A stretch of DNA of 64,000 nt, taken from assembly GCA_002633005.1 (NCBI GenBank), contig NMRA01000236.1, positions 345,532 to 409,531 on the forward strand, given 5' to 3'. Each line of letters opens with the position of its first letter. The first letter of the stretch is position 1. Source of the stretch: Phoronis australis. Taxonomy: Eukaryota > Animalia > Phoronida. This document shows, in pieces, positions 39,901 to 51,092 of this stretch. The translations under genes and the position numbers were made by a program. The notes under the pieces were generated by a model, which did no database searches, was not told the DNA's origin, and was given only the letters and a program-made list of their open reading frames with translations.

Positions 39901-42900
39901 CGCTTATGGTAACATGTAAAAACGGGATAGTGAACATTCACTAAATCCATATTCAATACCCGAATCCACGGTAGCGTCTTTCCGGCTTCCAGCAAGCAAT
40001 CAGCTTCATGTTAACCAAAAATACTGTCCCTTTTTTGGAAAAGTAGTACCAGTTGTAGTATGAAACATTTTTGGATACCAGTGTATTGCATTTGTATCAA
40101 GTGTAAGTCACTTAACTAACAACAAACCAAACCTGATTGCTTCTGGACCATTTCAAGTTTCTTAAGAGGCGAGTTACAGTAGTCTTTATTATTTTGCACA
40201 ACCGTATCCGAACCAAGAGTTCTGTATCGATTAATTCTTCGACCACGAAGTCCTTCTCACGCTAGATATATTTCACTTTGGAGTTGACGATTTTCGGAAT
40301 TAAATACTACGCGGTGTGCCATTGTAATTCCAACGACATGTAATTGGATTGGATATAAAAGTGAGGAGCTATTATTTGCAATTGCATACGGGTATTCTAC
40401 GGACATCTTGTTAACTATGTTAAAGGTCGTTACCACTTGGGTCAAAACTTGGCACTTAATAATGACTGGCCCTCAACTCTTAAGGATTGGATCAAAGAAG
40501 CCATGGTGTATACGGAGGGTGTACCGTTCACATCCGGCAATATTAAAAAGTTTGGACACTACACGCAGGTAAATACATAAACGTATAATTGGAGTCTGTC
40601 TGCATCTCCCTAAAACAAACTCATGTAGCATTTTCTGTCTTGCACGACGGCGGCCATATTCACGCGCTAACACCGCAATATTCGACTGATTTTTGACATT
40701 ATTTACCCAAGCTCGTGCACGATGGATGTGGGTTTGTGTGCAAAGTAAAATTACATAAAAAATCCCAAGCAACACACAACTGCTGCTGCTGAAATCTCAG
40801 ACATTTAACAGTTAAAACTGTGTTCTTTGAAACAATTTTCCTTTCCCAGTAGTTGTTCTATATCCTGCATCATCTTGATCCATCGGCCTTCTTACCGCTC
40901 GTCTTTATCTTCCTAGGCCTCTTTTTTCTGTCACTGTGTAGTTAGCTGTCTTCCGTCTTTTTGTAGGAAACTCCTGAGAGTAATGTCATTATAGTCTTAG
41001 TCGACACTTAACCTCACTGTTTTCCAACGCAGTGCAAAATATGGTTTGCGTTGTTGTACGCTCTCTGCGCCTGTTTCCGCCTCGGCATACTTTGCAGTCA
41101 ATCCTCCAGTCTAAAACTGAACTACAGGATGTGATAAAATTAGCATTGAGTTCTACAAGTATGCTGATAAAAAGTTGGTAGATTCGCTGTTCCAGCTTTA
41201 CAACTACTTTTTTAAAAATGGTGTGTTTCCAAAAGAATGGACAAAATCCATTATAGTACCGATATTTAAGGGCGGTACCAAAATTCCTGAAAATTTCAGA
41301 GGAATATCCCTCATGCAAGTCACGGCCAAAATATTCGAAAAAATATTGTGCCAGCGACTTCAAAAATGGTCGGAAAGAGAAAACGTAATTAGTATGTCTC
41401 AAGCTGCGTTTAGGAAAGGACACAGTACGGTGGATCACATGTTTGCTTTATATACGTTAATAATTAAATATTTGACACGAGATAAAGGTAGATTCTATTG
41501 TGCTTTCGTGGATTTTAAGGCAGCTTATGACAGTATATATAGAAGCGCATTGTATTTTAAATTAAGAAACAATCGCATAGAAGGTAAGATGTATAAGATA
41601 ATAAAAGCAATGTACGCTGAAGTAAAAGCGTGCGTGAAAATGAGTAACGGAAGCTACACGGAGTTCTTTGATTGTCATAATGGTCTAAAACAAGGCTCTC
41701 AGCTATCACCGTTTTTGTTTATTTTATTTATAAACGATCTCGAACAAGAATTAGAATCCGGGGGAGGTGAAACAATTTCCATGGGATCAGCTGAATTATT
41801 GCATCTGCTGTTTGCTGATGATTTGGTTTTATTTTCTTATAGTGTGAAAGGACTGCAGAAAAAATTGAACATTTTATATGAGTATAGCCAGAAATGGAAA
41901 TTGATTGTTAACATGTCGAAGACTAAGATAATTGTTTTCAGAAAAGGTGGAATGTTACGATCGTATGAAAAATGGACGTATGATGGGAATACTGTTAATA
42001 TTGTAAATGCATACAAATATCTAGGATTAATGTTTACTACGAAAGGTTCGTGGTCTTGCGCACAGAAAACTCTATCATTACAGGCTACTAAGGCAGTGAA
42101 TTTGATGAGAAAAAATGTCAATGGTTTTAATGCACTCCCTGTTAAAGTTAGTTTAAAATTATTCGATTGTAAAATATTGCCGATACTTCATTATGGCTGT
42201 GAGATCTGGGGTTTTAATGATTGCGAATGTATTGAAATAGTCCACACAAAATTTTGTAAAGAAATTTTAAATTTGCCTAGCACGGCAGTTTCATCGACTG
42301 CTAGAGGTGAGATGGGTCGTTACTCCTTGATTGCTTACCGACTTCCTAGAATTATGAAATATTGGTTAAAACTATTAAAAACCGATGAGTCAAAAATTAC
42401 ATATCATTGCTATGAATGGCAGTACAATATGACGGAAAATGTTAATAAACCGTGCTGGGTTAATGATGTTAAGAAATTGTTATTTCAGTTTGGTTTTGGA
42501 GAAGCATGGTATAATCAGGGTGTAGGGTCCGAGACAAGCTTCATATCACTTTTTAAACAAAGATGCAAAGATATTGATCAGCAAAAATGGCAAGATATTT
42601 TGAACAATTCGATTAAGCTGGAAACTTACAGAACTTTTAAGTTAAATATATGTTTTGAAAACTATTTAGATGTAATTGACAATGTAAATGTTAGATCTGA
42701 TATGGTGAGATTGAGATGTTCAGCGCATGCACTAATGATTGAAAAGGGTAGACACTTGAAACTTAGCAGAACAGAAAGGTTATGCCCTCTCTGTGTTAGG
42801 ACATATGTCGAGTCGGAATATCATTTTGTTATCGAATGCCCATTCTACGATGACCTTAGGAAACGATATTTGCCTGCATGGAGCTACAACAATCCCAATG

Positions 42901-45900
42901 TTACAAAATTCCACAGACTCATGACTATGGAGGAAAAAGATCTTATATGGTCAACATGTAAATATGTTCATTTCGCATTCAAGCGAAGAAGAATTCGGTT
43001 TACTTCTAGTGTTTGACACTTACCTTTATTGTATTTGATGATTTGATTGTAACAAGGGCCGGAGGCCTAGTTATTGAATAAATATGTATATTGTATATAT
43101 TACAATGTGCTACAAAATCACATCAAAAAATCACATCAAATCTTGGCTTGACAATGACGCGAGGCCAAGAGCAGCTGTTTTGGTATCCAAGCACGTGTCG
43201 CATGCAAGATTCTACGGTGCGGTAGCTGAAGACACAGTGGCTGTAGACTCTTACCTTACAAGCCTAAATAGGCATACTTTCACTGTCTTTTGCGTGTCGG
43301 CATTCATGCCAGGTGACTAAATCATGGAGGAATCCTACCTGGTTACCGTACGTTCAAAGCACATTGCAGTAACAACGATGTTATATTAATTATTAGTAGT
43401 GACAATAATGCACATCATGAGGTATGGAGCAGTACTAGCGCAAGCTCTTGGTGAAATATATGTACAGGTTCAGGTCATGACGGCTGCTACTCTGATGAGG
43501 GTGTGGAAACTTATTGGAAAACCAAATCGTCAGGCTTGGTGGACCAACTAGCTTGGGAATCTTTAGAGGGCTATAAGGAAAGCTCACCGAATTGCCCTTG
43601 GCTCAGGCACTGGGAAAACTGGCCAACAGAGTCTTCTCGTATGCTATACGAAGAGTAAACAATTTCTTTCATCGTTCGTCAAGTTTATCTGCACTTGTTC
43701 CGATTGTGAAGAAAGACAAGTCTGCTCTACCAGGGTGGCTCGCAAACCGATTGATCAATGTTCGTAGAATTCACCAGATGTGTTTTAACTAAAGAGAGTA
43801 TTCCCGCGACGTTTTGGACGGCTTGTTTTGAGTTTACTCATTAGAATGTTTAAAATGATCATCATCCCTTGCACAGTTGTATGGGTACTGTATCAACCGG
43901 AACATCTCGGGTATTTTTGTAACCTCCAACTTGACCTCGGAAGTTAACGTTATTAGTGCATGTGCGAAGTTCCGCCATACAGCCAACCATTCTCCAGTTC
44001 GGCACGGCTTGCCCTATGACTGAAGTCCGCACATACACAGATAACCCTTACTTACGAGGGCAATTTGAGGCTACGACGTTACACGAGTTGTTCTGGATGG
44101 CGCTGTATATGCGATGCAGAGTTTGGGCGCACCTCAACACTGCGTTACTTTTGTTTAAGATGGTATGGGACACGTCTACCTTAATCGGGTGTGGAGAGGC
44201 AGTATGTGAAGGACTTGGGTCTTTGTTTGTGTGCAACTACGGACCCGGGTGAGTTGACTAGACAATGTTATTTCTCATTGCGCGTTTGTTGGTAGTATTG
44301 CTATAAAAACACTATCTTGCCATCTGGCCAGGCACAAAAACGACTGCAATAACACTAATATTAAACGTCCCTCGGTGTTAATACCAAAATAAATTTTGAA
44401 TTTTGTCAATATACCAGTCTTGGAAAGAAAAGGGCAGTGGTTAGATGGAACCTTTTCTCACGACATCAAAAGGCCGGTTTTGTCCTTCGAAGTGGGAAAT
44501 CTTTTCTCGCTGTCGCAACGGCAGGTTGTCTCTCCTAAAGGGCCAGTGACGCCTGAAGAGTCAGTAAACTTTGTAAAGACTTCAAACTTGTCAGTGTTAA
44601 CACGCGTATGAGAGCAATACTTTGTGTTCAAAAATCAATACCGCATTTTCTTCTGTTTAGCTGACAGAGTTCAAAATGAAAACTCGATCACTTAATTACC
44701 CTTTCTGGAGTGGTTTTGAAAATTTTCCTGCCGCGAGATATTTTCCAGGCATTTACGACCCAAGAAAAGCTCTCAGAAAATCGAGTTTGTCAACACTTCC
44801 ATAATTCGACCGCTTCTATTTCATTGTAGTTTTTTTTCTCAATTCCAACTGATTGATAAAGCAAATTTTATCGTGAAAAGGATTTTTTAAGTTGAATAAA
44901 TTATCACATTTATTGATTTAAAGTTTTAAGCAGTAAAGAACTTAGTTGAAAAACGATTATTAATCCGAAATTGAAAGCGCAGTTATAGCTATAACGATTA
45001 ATATTCCTAAAATGAAAGCGCAGTTATAACCATATTCTTGCCTCGTTTAAGATTTCTGCGTGCAGCTGTAAGCAAATGAATTTTAATAATTTTGAGCAAA
45101 ATGCTTAGCAATCGGTAAGCCTTTTAAAAATACAATATAGTGACAAGCATTAACTTTTAAAAATTGATATCAATTTATGAATTTCTTAGTTTAGCTGATG
45201 GATAGAAAAATCTGCCTACCGCATAAGGTATAGAACTGTGAAAACTGAATTCCTTGCGCGGTGTCCGTAGTCCAAGGAATAACACGTAATTTCCGTTCAG
45301 AAAACTGTTTTGCACTTCGGCACTTAGTGAGTTTTACGTGTACCTATCTTTAACGTTTGAAACTCACATTTCCATTCGGAAAATAGATTCAGTGGTTCAT
45401 AAAGCTAACAGTAGCTCCCTTGAGTTATGTCCCTGTTTTTATTTGTGCAGCGGAAACATCCGTCCTAAAGGTGATACCTTTGTTCCTTACTCTATGGCAA
45501 AACAACAGGGAAAACACTGTCCAAGGCGAAAGAATAAGCAAGGATTGTGCGGTAGGAAACGATAATCTAGGCGGTTTGATTGCCCTAATTGAAAGTAACG
45601 TGTGTGCAGTCGAACTTAGTGTAGTTACAGCCTACATCATGTTTAGAACGTGAACAGCCGTGGTACAATGTCCCCGATTTTATCTAGTGCATGTAATTCT
45701 ATCCTAGTTTATACCGAACTATCGTCATAACGTAAGATTTCGAAGGTCCCTTGGTGCACCTTGTAAAAGGGTTCGACTGGTATTACATTCGCAAGCGGAA
45801 ACTAAGCTGCGGGGTGGTAAAAACTATTAGAGAAATATAAGCTGGCGTTTGGCCAGAATTATTGAAATTGGTAATGCACAGCACAATGCGACTTGTGGGA

Positions 45901-48202
45901 TTGTAAAGACACTGGCGTTCCCAATTTGTATTCTCATTTTCATTTTTTCAGATTGTGGCGGTAAAGTTTGCTACAACGGTGGAACGCTTGATCCTAATAC
46001 ATGCAAGTGCTCGTGTATTAAGGGATTGAAGTACAATCCCCGTGACAACTGTAAATGTAAGTTCTTCAAACTGTGTTGTTCAGTGAGGTGTATGCGAATT
46101 CATGAAACTGCAGCACCAGGTCGTGTTTTATTGTCTTTGACCATGCGCGCACCCAGGGTGAGGGAGGGCTCGGGTGAGCCCCCCATTTGGCGAAGTGGGC
46201 AAAAAGGTCCGCCCCTGAGAGACAAAAAGTTTGAGAAAATGGGACAAAAGTTCATTACATAAGCGCAAACGCGCACTTCACAGTGGTGCTCCCGTTTTTT
46301 TAGGCCGCCCGCTGTTTTGTTAGCGCATGGTGACGGGTATGAACAATGACAGCTAGGGGAATTTTATTCCGGAAAACGTAGACAACTAAACCGTTGTCCC
46401 GCCTGACTTTTATGGAATGCTGCAGCAGTTCATGTGCGCATGCGCGTCTCTGCGAAACACTAAGAAACGAAGGAGTACGATGACGTGACAATATCGAGAG
46501 AAAGGTGGTTTTCACTGAGATCAGCTCCGACGCGAATTCGTGCCTGGAACTTTTGCAGTCTCTGCTGGCGGAACTTCAACCACTTGATATAAATGACAGA
46601 GTAATTTAAGGATATCTGACTTATAAAGTCACCGCCGCCTTGATTTCAGTCAATGTCTGGCAGACAACTTCGACTAGACCCGGTGATTTGTAACAAAAAC
46701 TCAGAACACACAACAGATTTGTAGCTTTTTAGCTCTGGTCAAAGCTGATACTGACTTCGAAGTATCTATCCCATCTAAGAATAACCCCAAAATGCGCTTT
46801 CGGCCGAGACAAAAATGTGAGTGAAAAATAGATGATGACTTCTCTATTTAAGATTACGCATTCTCGTTTATACGCTGCTCTACGCGTATATCGGTTCAGA
46901 CGCCAATTCTGTGTGAAGTTGGTCTTTTGATAGGCATTTATGGTCAGAAATATCTATTTGTTTATCGTGATAAGTTGCCATTTTACTTTCCAGTGTATTG
47001 CTCAAATGTTCGAGACCCAGACCATTGCCTGCGCTCTCCATTTTACAACAACTGTGGTACCTTCATCGACGTACTGTACGAGTGTCCATTCATGTGCAAG
47101 GCTTGCTATTGTAAGTACTCGTCTTCACGTGTCACTTCAACTGTTTTGGTCTGACTTGAAATCTATAGTAACGTCGATTTAAAGTGATCCTCAGGCTGTG
47201 AACATATATCAAATATCACAGTACAATGCAAATGATATTTCGTCACACTCTTTACCGTCTGGAAATCGGCAAACGTGACTAACGCTTTACAAGTAAGTGA
47301 GTTTGATCGACGGACGTTGAGAAAGACCGCCCACCCGATGAGGTACTTGTAGTGTTTTACGTGAATTATGGTTTTATGTCTCGGGCGTACTAATTACTCA
47401 GTACTAGGTGACAGGACCATAGGAATACGATTTTTGTCATTTTAAGAGGTCTTGATGCATGTTTGTAGTAATGTCATATTCATCTGGACACCGTTGTTTC
47501 AAACGTCACGCGTCTTGTCAGTTTAGACACCCCTGTATTGAATTTTTATTCGCAAACAAGTTACCACCGTGGTTTAAGATAGTGAGTCTGAATGAGAATT
47601 GTGATTAGATTTACGTTAGTAAGAACGTTTAGCTCTTATAGAAAACACGACGTCGCCTTCACAACTCGTGCCTGCGATCGTCTTTGGTTCGACCGGACTT
47701 GCGACATTTCTGATGAAACGGGCTCTGACTACATTGTGGGAACATTCTTATGGTGCAGGTGCATCCATCCTCTATCTGGCTTGCTGATCTAAGACCAACA
47801 AGCTGTTTTTTTTTCAACCCTGAAATAACATGGCAAGCCAATATGCATAATAAATCTTGACGAACAGACGTACACCAGTAAACCTAAATCACGTGAGATG
47901 ACTTGGTGTCTCCGGTGACCGTCTTTTACTCAGACACGTAGGTCATTCTATGTTCCGCTTATTTGATGTTACATCGTTTAATGTGTACTCTTTTGTTTTA
48001 TCAAGGGGCAGGAGAAGATTACGGAAAAACTGGGCCGAAGCGTGTCGATACAGATAGGGCTTCTGTGAATAATGTCGCCACAACGGCCTACCAGTCCTGG
48101 GTGTTGTTTTGTTTTCTTCTGTCGTGTTCAATGGCCTTGCCTTGGGAAGTCGCCAGTCGACTTATCGTATCATCTGGACAGAGGATTCTTATCGCAGAAT
48201 AA
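25963..48202 (+). CDS. Secreted CAP/SCP (cysteine-rich secretory/venom allergen-like) protein with ShKT and EGF-like domains, ~444 aa
   Basis: In-frame exons: 25963-26017 and 26164-26181 (signal peptide), 26852-26989 (ShKT CKDKLATC..C..CMESCGFC), 27503-27550 and 32631-32666 (S/T linker, less certain), 33271-33384 (NHTAC), 33593-33681 (HNEIR..MLKM), 39552-39636 (YWDDEIA..WAENCEFGHD), 40426-40568 (GQNLA..GHYTQ), 44160-44248 (MVW..IGCG..VCNYGPG), 45451-45551 (GN), 45952-46056 (EGF-like), 46994-47110 (ShKT-like), 48006-48202 (hydrophobic tail). Confidence 0.9.
27345..27441. repeat. Degenerate (GAT/GGT/GAC)n trinucleotide tract
   Basis: Visible low-complexity run. Confidence 0.7.
28972..29959. 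mobile_element. ~1-kb non-autonomous element, TIR CA(TA/GT)GGCGGAT(T/C)TAGG, 5-bp TSD TGGTA
   Basis: tggta|cataggcggatttagg ... cctagatccgccactg|tggta. Absent from the paralogous copy, which has a single tggta at ~54412. Confidence 0.8.
30210..31740 (-). pseudogene. hAT transposase remnant (PRKRIR/ZMYM1-like)
   Basis: Frameshifted fragments LKGLSAKLQKRDAGIIEAYKPIDTTVDKVQALR and the hAT dimerisation-like C-terminus LRRVKTRLRATISEERRTGLLLM..VKRFIHSSTRR. Confidence 0.8.
34514..36827 (+). CDS. L1/Tx1 ORF2 fragment: reverse transcriptase plus C-terminal zinc knuckle (zf-RVT)
   Basis: NWRPISLLN, QKGFIKGRFI, DFEKAFD, GCKQGDPVSPYLF, QYADD, CTFC..EDLFHLYWSC. Endonuclease domain missing. Confidence 0.92.
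34514..36970 (+). mobile_element. 5'-truncated L1/Tx1-clade non-LTR retrotransposon
   Basis: TSD gtttgcttttcct at 34501-34513 and 36971-36983. AATAAA followed by a 25-nt poly(A) at 36946-36970. Open RT frame. Confidence 0.93.
37394..37880 (+). repeat. Seven tandem ~56-bp units, each with a 9-bp-stem hairpin
   Basis: ttattactctgcgcgtgtaagcgcagagtactgttgttcctgggttttcttcaatt x7, with variable TTCTTA spacers in later copies. Confidence 0.92.
37394..39028 (+). mobile_element. Non-autonomous Helentron/HINE (DINE-1-like) rolling-circle element
   Basis: 5' palindrome actctgcgc-gtgtaa-gcgcagagt, (TTCTTA)n microsatellite, ~430-bp internal tandem units (~37995, 38428, 38851), 3' subTIR gcgcagagt (38984), hairpin ttattgtcac-gcc-gtgacaataa, terminal CTAGT in a T-rich site. 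Confidence 0.75.
41125..43103 (+). mobile_element. 5'-truncated non-LTR retrotransposon, RTEX-like
   Basis: Frame opens at GCDKISIEFYK (~41127). Short 3' UTR with AATAAA and a (T/A)TGTATA repeat tail, no poly(A). No clear TSD. Clade call from the C-terminal LRCSAH..IEKGR..ERLCPLC..ESEYHFVIECPFY motif. Confidence 0.8.
41175..43016 (+). CDS. Reverse transcriptase ORF (uninterrupted, 613 aa) of an RTEX-like LINE
   Basis: NFRGISL, QAAFRKGHST, FVDFKAAYD, GLKQGSQLSPFLF, LLFADD, YKYLG, CCHC knuckle. Confidence 0.92.
   Translation: MVDSLFQLYNYFFKNGVFPKEWTKSIIVPIFKGGTKIPENFRGISLMQVTAKIFEKILCQRLQKWSERENVISMSQAAFRKGHSTVDHMFALYTLIIKYLTRDKGRFYCAFVDFKAAYDSIYRSALYFKLRNNRIEGKMYKIIKAMYAEVKACVKMSNGSYTEFFDCHNGLKQGSQLSPFLFILFINDLEQELESGGGETISMGSAELLHLLFADDLVLFSYSVKGLQKKLNILYEYSQKWKLIVNMSKTKIIVFRKGGMLRSYEKWTYDGNTVNIVNAYKYLGLMFTTKGSWSCAQKTLSLQATKAVNLMRKNVNGFNALPVKVSLKLFDCKILPILHYGCEIWGFNDCECIEIVHTKFCKEILNLPSTAVSSTARGEMGRYSLIAYRLPRIMKYWLKLLKTDESKITYHCYEWQYNMTENVNKPCWVNDVKKLLFQFGFGEAWYNQGVGSETSFISLFKQRCKDIDQQKWQDILNNSIKLETYRTFKLNICFENYLDVIDNVNVRSDMVRLRCSAHALMIEKGRHLKLSRTERLCPLCVRTYVESEYHFVIECPFYDDLRKRYLPAWSYNNPNVTKFHRLMTMEEKDLIWSTCKYVHFAFKRRRIRFTSSV
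46143..46300. mobile_element. Partial copy of the CATGCGCGCACCC MITE
   Basis: catgcgcgcacccagg..gagccccccatttggcgaagtgggcaaaaaggtccgcc. Confidence 0.75.
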
Positions 48203-48447
48203 TCTTTTAAATGTTCACTTGTTCATTTAATGTAGATAACGGAACAAAAATAGCAAGCAATATAGACACAAGAACTCCATTATGTAGCATGTTGTACTTT
48301 AGTATTAGTAAACGATTCAAACGCGTAACAGACAGATTCTGTTTGAAAAGGTTAGTACTTAGATATGTGACGTATCTACGTTTTATACCTGTGCGCCTAT
48401 ATCCGAAGTGATGCAGTTTTTCGAGGAAATTTATAGTCGAGGTTGAG

Positions 48448-48520
48448 CATGGGCGGCGCCTCATAGGGAGCGGAGGGCTATAGACCCCCACTTAATTATT
48501 TCAGTACTGGGCCGCCCATG
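48448..48520. mobile_element. 73-bp mini-element with CATGGGCGGC TIRs
   Basis: catgggcggc ... gccgcccatg, downstream of the CAP stop codon. Confidence 0.5.
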
Positions 48521-49060
48521 TTGCATTATAGATGTAGGCTCCTCTCCTTGCATAGTATGTGCATATCCTGTGTTGCTAATGTGCACGTAGATTAAGAATC
48601 TAACGGTGAAAGTTTTACCCAGACACTGTAATAAACACAAGTTACGGAACACAGATTTTTAAAAAAATCACGTTAAACACTTTCCCTGAATACCATTTGC
48701 GTGAATTAGAGAAGTCAAACACACATTTACATCAGCGGCAGATTTAGGGGGCGCAGCAGTGGTGGTAGAAAGCAGTGCTCGCACTGTTTGTCATCAGTTT
48801 TGTTCAACTCCCCGGACCTGGTCGCATGTGCTAGGCATGCCCTCTTCCCGTCGGTGCCTCACCTGTATCGGGATGCAGCCTCAGGTGGCGATCCTTCTTT
48901 TGTACTATTGGTGCACAGAGGCCGGGACCCTCCCTCTGCCTGCTAACTCGTTTTAGGTAGGCTGATTATGTGGGTTTATGCCACCCTATGACATACTTCT
49001 GACAATGTAATCAAATCAAAAGTTAAGCAGTAAGTATGTAAATGCTCTTCTGCAGACTAT

Positions 49061-49462
49061 TGAAACATGGGCTGGATATGCATGAAACATGGGCTGGATA
49101 TGGATGAAACATGGGTTGGATATGCATGAAACATGGGTTGGATATGGATGAAACATGGGTTGGATATGCATGAAACATGGGTTGGATATGCATGAAACAT
49201 GGGCTGGATATGCATGAAACGTGGGCTGGATATGCACGAAACATGGGCTGGATATGCATGAAACCTAGGTTGAATCTGCATGAAAAATGGCTGGATGTGC
49301 ATGAAACATGGGTTGGATATGCATGAAACATGGGTTGGATATGCACGAAACATGGGCTGTATATGCACGAAACATGGGCTGGATGTGCATGAAACGTGGG
49401 TTGGATATTCATTAAACATGGGTTGAATCTGCATGAAACATGGGTTGGGTGTACATGAAACA
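49061..49462. repeat. 22-bp minisatellite (TGAAACATGGGYTGGATATGCA) x~18
   Basis: Directly visible tandem array. Confidence 0.95.
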
Positions 49463-50162
49463 TTTCTTAAAGCTTCATAAATCTAAATATCATGTTAGAA
49501 CAACTTCAAAATAAGCTTTCTCTAACTCTAAAGGCGAGTTGTATACTAGAGGTTCTCATCAAAAAATAATTCAACTGTTTATTTTTACGTGACAACAGCT
49601 TGAATTAAGCTTTGAGTTCAGTGACCCAGTGCCCCTCCTTGTGCCGATCGAATCTCAATTTTGGAGAGAAGTTCAGTTGAAGGCCAGCCTACAGGTATAT
49701 GAATATCAAAAATGTACCTCTGCTACGAAACAAAACGATGTCCATGAAAAATGGAAAATAATAAAAATGTACTTAAAAACAGTTTCCGGGTACTATACCC
49801 CTAAACTAGTGCTGAGATCCAGCAGGTGCTGAGACAAAGGCGGCCAGACGAGTGGAACTCCGGAGTCAAAATCAAATAGGCCTACACTATAGCCACCAAA
49901 CTGAGAAGTCCGTGTCTTGGAACAAATATAAATGTGTTTAACCTTCATGTAATCAGCTGCTCATGTGGCCGTTCATACAGTTTCATCCGTAGTTTAAAAC
50001 TTTCGACATCAATTTTTGGCTTAGGAGATGCTCAAAAATGACGGGATATTCTTCGAGAGCTGCGTAACGGCTGTTGGAATCACACACACCATATCAACAC
50101 CGTTTCATAATTTCTTGATCTATAGAATAAAATATATTTTACACGACGACGTGTTATACGTC

Positions 50163-50341
50163 GGGTAAACTGGCGGCTTGGAAATGCAGACGAAGGTGCC
50201 TCAAGAATGCTACGCTCTGATTGGTCGGTTCAGCCGTCAGTCAGAATTGACCTATCGCCAGGACTTTGACTGACGGCTTAACTGACCAATCAGAAAGCAT
50301 TATTCTTGATACACCTTCGTTTCCAAGCCGCTACTTTACCC
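50163..50341. repeat. Imperfect palindrome (~180 bp)
   Basis: gggtaaactggcggcttggaaa..ctgattggtcggttcagccgtcagtca / tgactgacggcttaactgaccaatcag..tttccaagccgctactttaccc. Confidence 0.8.
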
Positions 50342-50533
50342 TTGCGATTGGTCAATCCTGACGATAGGTCAATTACGGTCGACACTTTCCAAGCACGGCC
50401 CACGATATCGGCGACTCAGGACCCCTTTGGAGTTTATAAGAGTTAACTTGGAGTGAGTATTCAAAATGGCGCATATACGCATTGCCTCTGATTTGAGTTG
50501 CCGCTTGATTTGAAAAAAGTTCAAGATCCGTTG

Positions 50534-50694
50534 CAGTGGCGGATTAAAGGGGGGGAGGGCAATGGGGCCATGCCCCCAAAAAAATTCTCACAAATTCCAT
50601 TTGGCAGTTCAGGGGTGCGGATGTCAGAAGGGCAAAATCCTGGCTAATACTCTGCCCTGGCACCTCCTAACTCAAAATCTTGGATGCACTCCTG
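50534..50694. mobile_element. CAGTGGCGGAT-type MITE
   Basis: Homologous to 56315-56624 without its nested insert. Flanks cgttg/ctttg. Confidence 0.7.
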
Positions 50695-51092
50695 CTTTGA
50701 ACGTGCTTAACCCCTAAAAGCACCTATAACAGAGGCGTGTGGATATCGTTACTCACTTTTGACCTGTCCCACTCTTTGCGATATTATTGTGCAAAGGAGT
50801 ATTTCGTACTGTTAACAGAAACGTTTTCATAAATTAATTCAAATTTAAAAACTAACGGTTATTAATTCTTGTCCACGCACACGTGCGTAAATGTCCTCTG
50901 GCGTGAGCAACCCATGTCTGGTGCACGTGGGAGATAGAGATTGCACATCTTCCGTGGGTATCATAGAGATCCTTGGCTAATAGACAAAAACTATCGTTAA
51001 AACGGTTTAGTCCAAGTCACTGAAGTTGTTACTGTCTCATATTTTACGGAACTCAGTCAAATTGTTTCAAAAACGTCACCAACAATAATTAA

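Noticed and set aside
49016-49463. Repetitive ORFs (MHIQPMFHAYPTHVSCISNPCF)n
   Set aside because: Translation artefacts of a 22-bp minisatellite that is open in all three minus frames.
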